64,000 nucleotides of DNA from Camelus ferus (GCF_009834535.1 NC_045698.1:86118001-86182000); one strand, 5' to 3'. Positions 11,531 through 25,293 are shown, counted from the first letter of the stretch. The notes: generated by a model not told the origin, from the sequence alone. Translations and numbers: made by a program.

Positions 11531-12599
11531 CTCTTCACATCTGCCACAAACCCAATAAATGAAAATGGGCTTGAAGGAAAAGCAGGAGAGAATTTGGGGA
11601 CAGAAAAAAAGAAAGAAAGAAAGAAAAAAAAAAAAAAGACTTTCTTGTCCTTCAGATAGGAAAACAGGGTAATCTGATCAAGGAGTCTACATGTGTAAGC
11701 AGTTTTTCACAAGGGGATACATGACACCTTTCACCAAAAATCTAAATTCATTGACGGCTATTTTTTTTCATGTTTTTTTTCTTGGTAGCCAGACTTGGAG
11801 GTGCAAAACCTGAAAATATGTCAACGTTTCATTTCCCCACCCCACTCCAGCTCTGCGCGCCCCCACAGCCCAGCCTCACGTATGTTCTATGAAAGGAAAT
11901 TCACGACTGAATCTCAGTTCTCAGTGGACAATATTTTTCTTGATTTTTCACTCTTTTCAGCACTTTGCAGAGCACATGTGGGGAAAAGGAAATGGAGGAT
12001 TATGGCTAGTCCGGGAGGCTTAAAGTAAAGAGAAATCGGCGCAGATCTGGAAGAGAGCCTGTGTCATTGATCTTGTCCACAAGCTAACTGAGAACATTCC
12101 CAGGCTTCACAGGGCAATACTATGTCTAGACTCACAGGATTTAAGAAGCACTCAATAGTTCGACACAAGGCAGTGGGCCTGCTGGATACAGAGTGTGGTT
12201 AAGCAATAACTCAGTCTGTCTTCTGAGCTCCCCCCACAGTGCAGAAAACCTCAGGAAGTTATTCTTCTATTTAGAGGCACTTCCAGGCACACTATTTTAA
12301 AATAGTAATAGTTATTATTGTCTAGCTTACTTATTCTTTCGTTTATTTATTATTTAGCCCCAAATAATAAATAGCTTGGGGCTTTGTTCTAAACAAACTA
12401 GTGCAAGCTGACTTCTTTGTTTTCTCACCCAGCTCAAATATTCTCTTTCCCAATACCCTTTCTTTAGCAACCAGTCGATCCCCCTGGGCCAAACAAGACG
12501 CCAACTACATGTAAAAAGAGCAAAAGCCTCCGTTGGTGACCTTCAAGCTGGCTAACAACCCAGCCAAAACGTGTCACCATATGGAGTTTCCATTCCCCT

Positions 12600-13750
12600 G
12601 TAAGAAACCACAGGGGCACCCGCATGGGTGACATAAATGGAGGTGCTCAGTTGTAAAATGTTATTCACATGCAAGAGATCATTGTTATTGTTTCCTGTAA
12701 TTATTCCGCCTAATAACAAANNNNNNNNNNNNNNNNNNNNNNNNNNNNNNNNNNNNNNNNNNNNNNNNNNNNNNNNNNNNNNNNNNNNNNNNNNNNNNNN
12801 NNNNNNNNNNNNNNNNNNNNNNNNNNNNNNNNNNNNNNNNNNNNNNNNNNNNNNNNNNNNNNNNNNNNGGTATCATGATACTAGCTATAAATACTAAACA
12901 TAACTAATTATTTCCGTCATAAAATGGTCCTGCCAAGTAATTTATAACAAACCCCAGCCCAGATGTACGGCGAAGCCTGAGCTCTCTGACAGAGTGGCAT
13001 TCAAGGGCTGTCACCCAAGGCTTTCTATTTCGTGATATTGTTGGGATGAGTGGATACCAATTTGAACATAAACTAAAATGAAACTAATCTAGGATTTTCA
13101 ATGTTCTTTGAGCTCTGGGGTGATTGTTGTGGAAAATTCAGGCAGATCCTTTTGTGGTTGACATCAAAAGTGGTAGGTCACTTTGGACCCGCGGAGTACA
13201 TTCTAAGCTCAAGCAAAAATTGATTTCCTTTTTTAAAAAGCAGCTGGCATTACAATGAATAGCCTTCTTTCGATTTTTCTTCTCCAGTGAAGCATTCAGT
13301 GAATGCAGCAGGCATAATAGGCTGAAGTAAACAGTGTCAGGTTCTGTTATATCAGGGGCTCTTTTAAACCAAGCAGACAAGCTATCATCAGTGCCTGAAA
13401 TGCTGCAAATCATGGCCGAGTCAGAAAATGAGTTTGTTTCCTGACCAGTGTGTTGATGACATTTTGAAGAATGGAAGGAGGCGCTTTGCTAATCACTCTG
13501 GCTGCCTCCAGCACCATTATGATGCCATCTCGTTAATGAGTAAAAATAATGTGCCTGGATGAGGCGGTAATAGAATTAGAGCCTCCGCAAGCCAGACTCA
13601 GGACTGTCGTGAACATCCTCCGATTTTTCATGAAACGTCAGAGAAGCTGGGGATTCATCTCTGAGCAACATTTCTCAGAATCCTTTGGCCTCATTTTTTG
13701 CTGGTGGTTTGAAAAGCAAAAATTGGCCCACCTTGTCACAAAGTAACTTG
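12600..13750. promoter_or_regulatory. Candidate conserved non-coding enhancer block
   Basis: Repeat-free. CCGTCATAAAA at 12914-12924, CTCGTTAATG near 13529, many TAAT cores and retained CpGs. Confidence 0.4.
12721..12868. other. N-block, 148 nt
   Basis: Run of N in unique, TAAT-rich flanks. Confidence 0.95.
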
Positions 13751-15399
13751 CCCTAGTTTCCAGTCCTTAGGGTAAAGACCTCATGACCAACTCAAAGACA
13801 GCAAGTCTGAGCTGGGACTTTTTTCTTTCTGCTTTTGTCCCCCCACACCCACCCCCTCCACGCAGTGACTATAAAAGAAATGGTTGGAAACCATGATTTG
13901 GGTGATGGAAATATTAGAATACATTCATTTGGGCTGTAGGGGAAATAAGCTTGCAATAATTCAATTGCATTCTAAAGAGCCTAAAGAGACCAGCATTAAT
14001 CTTGTTCTGAAAAATATTTCTCTTCTAAGTACACAGTCTCCTTACCTACTGAACTATAATGGCATGGCCCATTTACCACACCTTCCTTCCATCCTGGGAA
14101 CAGAAGAAGAGCTAAGTGCCTTCAGAGAGCCCCTTGAATTCAATGCAAGTGCCATTCACATCCAGCCAACGAAGCTTTTTCCTGAGAGTCTCTCTAATGT
14201 GCATGCTCCTGCCCACTGCTCTCAGGATGAGAGGCAGCCACTGGGATGGGAGGGACTCCCGAGGCTCCCCAATGGGTAAGTGCTCAGGGGGAAGCAAGAA
14301 AAATAACTACTTGCCGCATGGTGCTGGGGACCCCTTCTTCCTTATCCCTGCCAGAATCGAAAAGCTTTTTCCGCCAGGAGGGTGTTTCTAAGCAATCGCA
14401 CCTCTAAATAGAAAGTAATTACGGAGGAAATTAACTTCACAGCTAAAGATTGTGTTGTCATGATAATTTAGAAGAGTGGGAAGGATGTTTTCTGAGCCAT
14501 CCCTAATCTTTTTTTCTTCTCTTTTTGGTTATCACTTAATGGTATTCATTAAAACCGGTAACAGAAATTGCTTCTCTTTAAATTTCCTACTGAGTCTAGA
14601 TTTAGTTGACTTAGACTTTTCTTGAAACAATACATTAGTGTCATGCCCAATTGACTTCTGTTGTAAAGGAAATAAATCTCCCATGTGACTTGGTGGCTTG
14701 CATCTGGAAATGGTTAAAAATATGCACTCTGTCAGCCCATTGTTTAAAAAACAATGTAGGTTTTCTTGTCCCCCAACCTTAGTACACCTGTCACCACTCT
14801 GTCCCCTGCTGTACATGAACTTATGAGAGGCTTTCTTTCAGCTCAAAGCAATAATTTACCTTCAGAGGTAATTCACGCTTAGAACACAGAAAAGGTTTAC
14901 CTTCCACTGTTAATGCACGGGTCACTGCTTTTTTACTCACACTCGCCCTGTGTCCCTGCAGATCAAAACAGAAGCTTCCAGCGAGGCCAAGGCTATTTTT
15001 CCCTCAAAATATTCAAATTAAAGATTCAGGAGATGCTAACGAAATTATAGCAAATACTGATACCATTGGAAATCATCTTTCATCTTTAAGCAATAAATAG
15101 AGAAAACAAATCTTATGCCTTCACTCTTAGAATACTAATTTTTAGGTTCATTAAGTAGAGCCACCCTGCCACATGACACATCTCCATCACATATCCTCAA
15201 GCAAAGAGGTTGTATTGAAAACAAAAGTGGCAAAAACTTAATAAAAGACGATAACTAATGCTACTATTGGTCTTGGCCACATCCTTCTCAACATACCAAT
15301 TGTGTGACTGAATGACTAGGTCTTAGGCTACAATCCAACAGAATATCCAAGCCTAAAAGGGAACTTACAGGTACACTGTGTAGAGAATATGGTTGAGAC

Positions 15400-15610
15400 C
15401 CTGCTATGTGGAAAACATTCCAATCACTTGATACCCACATTACCTCATTTAAGCTTTACAGCTCTCATGGATGTTGTTACTAGAATTTCTCTAAGTATAA
15501 GCTCGTTTATGGTTGAGGAAATTAAGACTTGGAGAGGTTAAAGTCAGCCAGTTAGTGGGTGGGAGGATCAGGATCTGCGTCCTGGAGCCAACATACTTCA
15601 GAAATCTTGT
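15400..15610 (-). mobile_element. MIR SINE
   Basis: Degenerate core TTATGGTTGAGGAAATTAAGACTTGGAGAGGTTAA. Confidence 0.65.
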
Positions 15611-15839
15611 GTCTGATTTGACCACTGGGCGGACTGGCATTAGTTTTGGAAAAGTTACTAACATTACTTTTCTACCTAATACTTTCAACAGGTATCAATG
15701 TAACTAAATGTACTTCAGAGAAGTGAATGAACATGAATGAAAGAAAAGTTACTTTATCCTGTCTAAGAGCAAAGGAGAGTGGAAAGGGAACCAACATTTA
15801 ACGAAATCTGTTACAGACATACAGACAGACAGCAACCTT

Positions 15840-16010
15840 TCAAGGTGGGCATTTTTATCTGCCTTTTCTAGATGAGGAAACTAATGTTCAAAGAGGGTAA
15901 TGGTTGGTTAATTCCTACAACTCCGGAGTATGGGAGCCTGACTCCAACCAAGATCTGGTTTGTCCCAAATTTCAGTATGAGGATGAGAACTTCAAATCTA
16001 TGCAGCCTGA
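15840..16010 (-). mobile_element. MIR SINE
   Basis: Core TTTTCTAGATGAGGAAACTAATGTTCAAAGAGGGTAA. Confidence 0.65.
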
Positions 16011-19000
16011 TTATGTCAATGAATGAGCAGAGCTGTCCCAAATGCAGTCCTAAAATTGCTGAATTTAGAGACGTCACCATTTAAAGCTTCGAATCCAAAG
16101 TCTTCCAAGAAAAGAGAAAGAAATAACCTTAAAATCATTGTTCTCAATTCCTCGCGGCAGAAAGCAGGATAAATATGTTGGGTTTCCCCGTGAGGTTGTT
16201 TGGGGTTTCATGTAAACCTTGACGTCTCCCTGCTGTATAATAAAGAACTTAAAATAAACAAGCAAACCAGGAAGTACAGAGACAAGATCTGGGAATGAAC
16301 TATGGTTTAACACCATTCACTGTGGGATTTCTCATTATTCAAGGTCAGTGCGCCCTCTAAAATCCCCCTGCGTTTTCAGCAAGTTAAGCAAATCTGCAAG
16401 AGTTGCATAGCTCCTCATTGTAGCATCTTCTTTTTCCCTTTGTAGAACACTTCCTGAGAACAAAGTCAGTGTCAGATGCAAAAATGATATAATGTGCAGT
16501 TTTGCAGAAACAGAAAGTGTGCTGTGGAATACGTATCAAGCAGACACCACAGTAAGCCAACAAGCATCGCATGAATACATGAGATGGATAAATAGTGAAT
16601 AGCATTTTGCATTTGTAAGTTGCTTTTTATTGAAGCAGTAAACAGTCACGTGGCCTTGAATATAACCCTTAGGACTGCAGTGGAGTCAGCTTTGACAGCA
16701 GTCCAAAAATATTGCAATTCTGGGGAGACAGAAAAGTGCTAAAATTGATCAATGCCCCAGGTAGAGTTGATGAAAGTTTTACCTAAAAGGAAATACCTAT
16801 TTCAATTTGAATATTCTGTGTAAAGGTTCATGCCAAACTAGCCTATTATCAAAACGGAGAGTTGACTTAGGCATGAATTATATGCCTTTATCTTGTAATT
16901 GGTTGCAAGATGTAACATCAAGTATTATTTCCCACATGAAGCTGTTAGTCACTGAGGAAACTCAAAAAATGCTGCCAAACTCCAAAAGCTAGAATGCCTA
17001 ACAGCAAGGAACAAGATTCTGACATGTATACTTGTGCTATTCACAGCAAATGATTTCACAAATGCCCTAGCTGTGGGAAAAAAAAAAAGAGTCTAAACAT
17101 AGTCACCTCTAGTGTGGAAAGTATGCAGCATTTTCAATACATGATGCTGTTGTGGTCGCAAGCATACCTGTCATAGAGCCAACATAGCTGCGAGTTGAAT
17201 TCTTGAACTAATGTGACATTAAAGTCTTCTAGCATTAGCAATTTTCCATCCTGTTCAAATAAATTTTGTTAGCATACGTGCCTCCCAAAAAGGCAGAAAA
17301 CCCGTTACGGTGGTTGTACATTCTGTCTTGAGTTAGCAAGACTGAATGGTTGATGACATACCACTTAAAGAATAAACTCTCTCATTTTCGTTCCTGTGCA
17401 GTCTGCTTTTTTTTTTTTAAAAAAACTCATTTGCACTAACATAAGACAGTGCCTGGGAGAAAACATATTCACAAAAGACTTACATTAGCTCTTATGCAGA
17501 GATGAGTGGAGTCAATTTCTAAGGCAGAGCTGCTTTCTCTTACAGAAAACTCAATCTTGTTTTAATTTTTAAAGAGCAGTCCTACTGGGCAGTAGGCTAC
17601 TGAATCACCATTGTGTGTGTGTAAATTTCACGCCTTCAGAGTTACACACTAGAGAGTCTTCAGGACTGATGTTTGTTGATTTGCAGCACAAGTCCTGCCA
17701 AGACAGCAGTAACAGCAACCCTACTGGGTCTTCCAAGTGCTTGCTTCTCATCTCTCCTGTGTATGACCTCTACAGAGAAGGAGGACTAACCCCTTGGGCA
17801 TGGTCCTGGTTCTCTAAACTCAACATCCCATTTGGAATGCAAAGCTACAAATTGCAATCCCTGGATGCCCACTCCAAAAAAGCTTTTGAAATGCAACTTT
17901 GTTTTTCTGGATGGAGGCTTTCCTGTCTTTTATGATGGAGGTGATAGATAACACTGACCTACAGAAATTAATTAGTATAATTCACTTGAAGGCTTATTGC
18001 TACCATCATTATAATTCATTCCCATAGGACCCATTTGATTATTGCCTTTCTTGCCAGTAGGAATTAAAAGAGCTAGTTACTAGTTGCAGATCATGAACCC
18101 ATTCAGTCTTTGCCATCATACAGGAATGCTGCATGGAGGACATCAGGACCCTGACATCTCCCTATGGCCCATCTTCTTCTTCTTCTGCATAGGAATGCAT
18201 TCTGGAGTATCCATGAGCCCAACACCAAAGTCACAGAGGGAGGGTGAGCTAGATTTCTTACAACAGCTCAGAGCCACGGAATATTCAGGAGATACTTCCT
18301 GTCCTATCCCTCTGTGTACCTTAGGAGAAATGTACAGAATTGGATAGGAAGAATGAGATAGTGGCCAAATCCAAAATACTCTCAATATCACTGCAGGGGG
18401 TTTATACATAGCACAGCATGCCTGCAGCCACTATTTCATAAACAAACAACTATATTAATTAGTTAATTAATTACTTAATCTGACTTGTTCTTTAATACAG
18501 TCCATGTCACATTCCATTGCCAATGTCATTGCAATTTTACAAAAGTATGTCATAATCACAACCTACAAAGCTGCGTTTTCATAGGCTTCATATCATTTGT
18601 ACATGTGAGAAAGATCTTTGTGCCCATCATAAATGAGAGAAGAGTATTTTACTAGATTGGATTGGATTTATTGAATTCTACATGTGCGTGAATAGTGACG
18701 AAGAAAAGCTGAATTAAAGTGTTTTTTAAGTTGGAAAAATAACACATGATAATAGCATAAACCATCAATAAGTAGTTACCATTTAATTTGTATTTATTTT
18801 TCCTGACTCTAATAGGCCCATTTAGGGTATTCACATTGGTATTCCACATTACTTTCTTTAGCCCAGTGTTTCTGCAAACCAGAGTATAATTTATCCTCAG
18901 GGTAAGTTTTGCCAAACTCCTTTACATTCTCTTCTTTAAAAGAGTTCTTCAGGTTATGTACATTTGCACTGTAGTGTGCATATCACAGCTGGATTTTTGT

Positions 19001-19259
19001 GAAGAAATTTTTACCTGTGCATGAGCCTTTCTGGCACAGGAAATCTAGTACCATCACCCCTAGGGTGACTCTTGAGTTTGTATGCAATCATTGGGGTCAT
19101 GCAATATTAAATTCAAATGAGATGATGAAAAATGAGTTGGGAAAAAAGTGACATAAAAGTCTGGCTGTGGAAAAACTTATCTATTCTTCACTTCCATAAA
19201 TATTTTTATGCTTATTACCGCCAGCATCTAGTACTTTACAAAAGAAAAAAATATATCAA

Positions 19260-19323
19260 GACACAACATTGTAAAATTATTATAAATCAATAAAAAAAGT
19301 TAAAAAAAAAAAAAGAAAAAAAA
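19260..19323 (+). mobile_element. Very short L1 3' tail, camelid-like
   Basis: ACACAACATTGTAAAATTATTATAAATCAATAAAAAAAGTTAAAAAAA with a possible degenerate TSD AAAAGAAAAAAA on both sides. Confidence 0.6.
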
Positions 19324-19999
19324 ACTATTCTAGCAATAAGTGTAACAGAGATTGCATGAAGCCTACTTCTGAAATTGCTGTTGGCTTCCAAGTTAAAAAA
19401 AAAAAAAAAGAGGTGAACATTAAGTCCACGTTGACCCCAAATCACTATATGCTAGATCTAAAGTACTTTAAAAGGAAGGTATAAATGCATTGCCAAAATC
19501 ACTAGCTTTGGCACATGGAAACTAGCTATCTATCTAATGACTCTATCATTAAGCAGATCCATGGTTTTATGTACCTCATCTGATTGAAAATTAGTTTTTA
19601 ACAGATAAAAAACAGATGAATAAAGGCCTGAGCTACATTTAGTAACTAGAGAAATTTACATATCACAATGTTCTTTCACTAAAGCAGTGTGATAGTATGT
19701 TAACTACACTTTAATAAAGAAATAAAAATAAATAAAACAGAATGGATCGCACATGAAGCAATAGTAATAATAAAACAAAGCAGAAGTCTACCCTAAAACT
19801 CTTCACATAAAAGAACTAGTTTCATGTCACTGGTTTAAATCACAGCCAAGTATGTACATCTTTATACCCTAACATAGAAATCCATTAACTCGATAATTAC
19901 ATCTGAATACCAAAGCCATTTATAATAGGTTTCTACTCTATTCGACCATTTGGCTCTTATATGTTCAATATTTTTGTCAGTTTTTTCAGAGTGAGGCAG

Positions 20000-20250
20000 G
20001 AGCAGTAGCAGAAAAAAGCTCAGGCTTGGACTTAGGCAGATATGTGTTCAAATTGCAAGTCTGCCATTTATGAGCTGGATGTCTCTGGACAAGGACATCA
20101 TTTCTTTCACCCTCATTTTCCCCATCTTCAAAATGAGGATAGCATCAGTATTTACTTTAAGAGGTACTTAAGAAGAATTTTTAAAAATTATATATTCAAG
20201 GCACATTCATACAATCCAGCCATACAGCGCTGAACAGAGATAGCTATTAA
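20000..20250 (+). mobile_element. MIR SINE
   Basis: GGTTCAAAT-like motif followed by CCCCATCTTCAAAATGAGGATA core. Confidence 0.6.
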
Positions 20251-20804
20251 TAATAAAATAAGGCACAGATTCCCTTTAAGGGAGGATTTAGTAACTAAAA
20301 AATAAATCAATTCTTGTGCTGGTTAAAGACATGGAAAACACTTCCTGAGCATGATGAATTCCACTTTCCAGGATCAAACTAAAACTTTTTGACTGATAAA
20401 GTTTCCATGAACATATTGAAACAATAATTTCTAGAAAACTGACCCTTTTTTTTTTTTTACTAGTATGAGCACAGCTATTTCAGGCAACTTAGCTTAAAAA
20501 AAAAATCCCAGAAGATACTAAAAGAAGTAATATATTTCCTCCTCACCTGGTTTGTTTTACTAGGAAAATCGTTACATGCATCAAAGATACCACATTCTAA
20601 GATCTCAGATTCACAGAAACCTAGTTTATTGAGTTACTCAGCTTTCAGACAAGGGGGACAAGTGTAATAGCTCTGTGCCTGTAATTCACTTTGCCTCTCA
20701 TTTAGAGAAAAATGAAAACAAATTAAAAATCCTACATAAAACAGAATATAAAGTAATTGGAATGAGAATAGAGTTAGAAAGTAAGGTTGTATAACATTAG
20801 AGGT

Positions 20805-20960
20805 TAACACTGTGGACTCTGAAGCTAGTCAATCTTACCTAAGTGACCTTGAAATTTTCTGGACTCCAATTTCCTCATCTGTGAAATGGGGTTATAAAGA
20901 ACATCCAGCTCACAGAGCAGTTATATGGATCAAAGTGACAGTACACGAACTACACCTGAA
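20805..20960 (+). mobile_element. MIR SINE
   Basis: Core TTTCCTCATCTGTGAAATGGGG. Confidence 0.65.
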
Positions 20961-21069
20961 ACTCTGCCTAAAGTTTTTGGAACCATTGTAACCACTGTGG
21001 TACTCAAACTGGATGCTTCATGGGAAAGGGAGTTAGTCACTTAAGAGTCCCTGAGATCCTTCAGGACTA

Positions 21070-21545
21070 ATTAAATTCACTATCCATTGCTGCATAACAG
21101 AGAGCCTCAAAACTTAATGATATTTATTTATTACTTCAGAGTTCCTGTGAGTCATAGATTTGAGAATGATGTAGTGGGGTGGTTGTAGGGGAGGCTGTGG
21201 TCATCCTGACCCTCTACTGATGCTGAAGGACCTGCTTCCAAGATGACTCCCTCACATGGGCTGGTAAGTGGGTGCAGGTGGGTGGCAGGAGGCCTCAGTT
21301 TCCTGACATGTAAAATTTTCTAGGGATGCTTGAGTGTCAGCTTCCCTCAGAACAATTGATTCTAGAGAAAGCAAGCAAAAGTGGCAATGTCCTTTATGAC
21401 CAAGTCTCACAAGTCACAGACCATCAGTTCCACCAATTCTATTTGTCACGTGGAGCAGCCCTGCTACACACGGTAAAGGGGACAACTCAAAAGCATGGGC
21501 ACCAGGAAGCAGGATCATGGGGGCCATCTTGGGGCTACCTCACTA
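21070..21545 (-). mobile_element. MaLR LTR, MLT1F-like
   Basis: CTTCCAAGATGACTCCCTCACATG...GGCAGGAGGCCTCAGTTCCT...GGGCACCAGGAAGCAGGATCATGGGGGCCATCTTGG. Confidence 0.75.
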
Positions 21546-22259
21546 AGTACCGTCTTGGAATGGAACCCAAATACCTCTTTTTGAGGAGTTAGCAGCTCCT
21601 TCTAATAAAAAGGAAGAATATATCCCCTTAAACTTCCTAGCAAAGAAACATACTGTTTCTTCAATGATGCATCGCATAAGCCATTGGCTTATGTTTAGGG
21701 GATATTTGGTATGAAAAGCACACCTCTTTAAAAAACTAGAATCACGCTTAGAGTGAGGAGATGTTCAACTGCAGGAGGCCCTGGGGAGCGAGGCTCTCAG
21801 CCTTCCCATCTCCAGCTCTTGCTGGTGCAGTCACTCGTACAGTGGAATAGCAGGAGGGATGATTCACTTGATTTAAAATGTTTTCCTCTTGCTGCCCATT
21901 CAAAATCCCCACAATGGTCTGTTTAAATCCATATACAAGGCTGAAGGGTCAGAAAGATGAGAAGTGCAGATCCACTGCTTAGAATGGAAGTCATTCTTAA
22001 AGGCCAATCTGTCAAGAGAATACAGACCTTGGCCCATATATTTCCATCACTCCTTTGCTAATAAAATACAGGAAGAGAGCAACTAAACATCAACTTGATC
22101 ATAATCTTTTGGGAGCTTCCAGATACAAAAAGCCAATGAATTATTGGAGAAACTTTCAGCAGTCTGGTCAGATTTCCTGCAGGGACATTTTCCACCAGGA
22201 AGGAGGACACTGGGGGATTCAGTCATTCAGGGCAACTCAGTGAAGGAGTTTAACATAAC

Positions 22260-22950
22260 TTTTTAAAAATCCTCTTTATTGATGTGTAATTTAGATGTAA
22301 TAAACTTTACCCGTTTTAACTGCACAGTTTGATGAGTTTTGTTAAATACATACATATGAGTAAATATATGTATTATATATATATTATATACACACACACA
22401 CACACCCCTTCCTGTCTACCACACCACAATCAAGATTCAGAACATCTGTCTTACCCCCACATGCATCCTCAAACCCAGTGCAGTCGATCTTTCCTCCATT
22501 CCCACACCTAGGTAACCGCTAGGTGACCTACTCTGTCACTATACGTTAGTTTGCATTTCCTATAATTTCACATAAATGCAACCATTCAGTATGTAGTCTT
22601 TTGTGTTTGGCTCCACATAATGCATTTGAGTTTCATCCATGTTGCTGTATATATCAGTAGCTCATTCCTTCTTACTGCCAAGGAGCATTCTATTGCGTGG
22701 GTGTAGTACACATTTTTAAAATCTATTTACCTGTAGTTTCCAGTTTGGGGCTATTATGAGTAAAGCTTCTATGAACACTCATGTTGTAAGGAACTTACGT
22801 TTCCATTTCTCTTGATTAAATACCCATGAATGGAATTATGAATTATATGATATCATATCTTTAACATTTAAAACAGTAACAAACTTATTTCAAAGTGGTT
22901 CTATTATGTTACACCCCTACTGACAGTGTATGAGGAACCCACATTCAACA
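22260..22950 (-). mobile_element. Old L1 3' end (L1MB/MC-like) with an internal TA/CA microsatellite
   Basis: TTTATTGATGTGTAATTT...CACCACAATCAAGATTCAGAACAT...CATCCATGTTGCTGTATATATCAGTAG...CCAGTTTGGGGCTATTATGAGTAAAGC. Confidence 0.8.
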
Positions 22951-23789
22951 TAACTTCTGGAATACACTTCCTGAAAACCGCAGTATGGGTTCTGTCAGTA
23001 TTCAGCCATGAATGGCCACTGTGGGGGTAAGAATAAAGCCCCTATTAGAAACCCTAAAAGTTACAAGATACATAAGCCTCATTTCTTGAACGTTGAAGAC
23101 TGTCCAACTATCCCAAGGTGTCTGGGCAGCTGCACTGGTTACAACTAATACAGTGGCAGCAGAGACAGGGTCATAGATGAAATTCACTACATAGACAAAG
23201 TGTCCCCTTCTCAAGAACTTCCAGGATAGGAAATCCTATTAGGAATGGAGTATCAGGCTGGTACAAACAGCTAAACTAAGTTAAACTGATCTAAACCAAG
23301 TCCTCTCCCTCCTTCTCTAAATGATTGTGGGTTTTGTTTTTCATTGAGCTAATCTGTTCCAGGACTCCCTAGGACAAGCTTATATGGGGAACTAATAACA
23401 CAATGTAATTTAAGATGCTTTGTCATTCTGCTCTACACTTGACACATGCTGAAGGAACACTGAGCATGCATCCTTTCCAGCTCTCACTCATCTACAAGTT
23501 GCAACCACGGCCTCGGTTGTGACAAAAGAAATGATAATGGCAGCAGATAGCTGAAAGCAATAGAAAAGAAACTCTTGCCCCATTTGAGGACAAGAGTTTG
23601 AAGAGCTGGAAAACACAAGAGTTTGAAAACACATCCAAATGGGTTCATTTGAGCCTGACAACTTTCCTAGGGGCAGCTGTCAGTGGACAGAGCACTAGCC
23701 AGAAGAGGTTGAGAAACTCACTTCATTTCTTGAGCATCTGTTGCTTGATTTATTACATGTGAGCAGTGAGAATGCAAACCTGGTAGTGA

Positions 23790-24005
23790 AGAAGGAAGGC
23801 TTCCAAGTTTGAACTGGTACAAACTTGGGTCAAAGTCCTGGCTCAGCGCTACTGACGCCATCACTTAACCTCTCTTAGCCTCAGTCTCCTCACGTGCAAG
23901 TGACAGTATTAAAATCTCCTTTGCAAAGTAGTTGTGAAGATCAGCAAAAGTAGGTGAAAACCAGCCAGCAAATTGCCAGGCCATAGCAGAGACTCAATAA
24001 AATGG
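23790..24005 (+). mobile_element. MIR SINE
   Basis: CACTTAACCTCTCTTAGCCTCAGTCTCCTCAC core and CTCAATAAA end. Confidence 0.75.
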
Positions 24006-24219
24006 GACTAGGATTGCTCACAGGGTTTTCTAAAGATGAAATGAGAGTTTCCACAAAAGCCATTGTACCACATCTACAAAGAATGTTGTTTCTGTGAATA
24101 ACTGAGAGTTTGACTCTGAACATGCTAACAATGATTACTTCTAGATAAGTCTGCCACAGGACATACTGGGGACAGTCCTATATAGAAATTACACATTCCT
24201 GTAGGTTTTTTTTTTTAAA

Positions 24220-24765
24220 GTGCATCTGATTGTCTTACTTTCCTGCTCAAAGCTCTCCAATGGCCTTGAGTTATGTTTACAGGAAGATTCAACATCTTGA
24301 GCTCAGCACCCCCAGTCCACCTGAGGCAGCCCTGCCACCTCTCCACCTGCCATGCACTTGCACTCCGCACTCTCCCCACAATGGCTCCTTGTTTCCTAAA
24401 ACACTCCAAGTTCCATGACCTCAGAGCCTTTGCATTTTCCGTCCTCCTCCAGAGCACACCCCACCCCCAGATAACCGTAAGAGTCTTTTTCACTTCAGTC
24501 TATGCTCAGTACATCTCTCAAAGTTGGCCTTTCCTGACTCCCTATCTAAACAGCACCTCTACCCATCCTTTTCAATCCCCTTAACCTACTTTATTTTTCT
24601 TCATAGCATTCCTCACGATCAAGTTTAAATCACATGTCAATTAACTAACATATGAATGTACATTTTATGAGAGCAGCAACTTGGTTTGTGAATCCCCGGT
24701 ACAATGCCTGGCACGTAATAAACCTGTGTTACACTTGGTGATTGATTCTGAAATATCTGAGTGTG
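24220..24765 (+). mobile_element. L2 LINE 3' region
   Basis: CCTGCTCAAAGCTCTCCAATGGC...CTCAGAGCCTTTGCA...ACAATGCCTGGCACGTAATAAAC. Confidence 0.75.
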
Positions 24766-25293
24766 AGGAGCGTGATGTGATGTATGGGGGAATAAGTGAA
24801 GACTCAACAGCATCAACAGGAGGGCAGCTTTGTTATCACAGGAAGGTTAGAAATATATTGGGATTGGTGGAACTTGCGATGTTTCAGACACAGGATGGGG
24901 TGAGAGTGATGTGAGAGGACCCATGACTCCCAGAGGAAGACAGGATGATCAGCCACCCTCACCGCTGCTGGCCCAGAGGGACGAGCCTGCCTCTTCTCTA
25001 CTGAGGAGCCAGAGGCCTGTCAGAAGAAAAGACTGCAAACGCTGGCTTCACAGTAAGCCTCTTTCATGCAAGGTGCTGCTCAGGGTATCTAAGAGTCTGA
25101 GAGAGAGGGCTCTTCAGGACCACACCCTGCACCTGCCGGCTAATACACGTCTCACTGATTGGCAGACCCTGTTCAGACACGCACCTTCATCACAATGGAC
25201 CACCTAGAGGCCAGTCAGCAAGATGGACATGCAGAGGCCTTGCTCGCCTTCATCCTTGGAGGTTGTGGATATTCCCAAGGAGAACCTGACATT

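Noticed and set aside
12870-12881. Perfect 12-bp palindrome GTATCATGATAC beside a masked block
   Set aside because: More than ten such palindromes are expected by chance in this window.
13884-14391. Overlapping 131-aa and 91-aa ORFs
   Set aside because: No homology recognised, and these lengths are expected by chance in six frames of 64 kb.
7069-17178. Identical 12-mer CCTGTCATAGAG at 7069 and 17167
   Set aside because: About a hundred identical 12-mer pairs are expected by chance in 64 kb, and there is no extended similarity.
23590-23630. Short local duplications (ACAAGAGTTTGAA x2; also TTTCCCATTAGTC x2 near 49433)
   Set aside because: Ordinary slippage-type micro-duplications with no associated structure.
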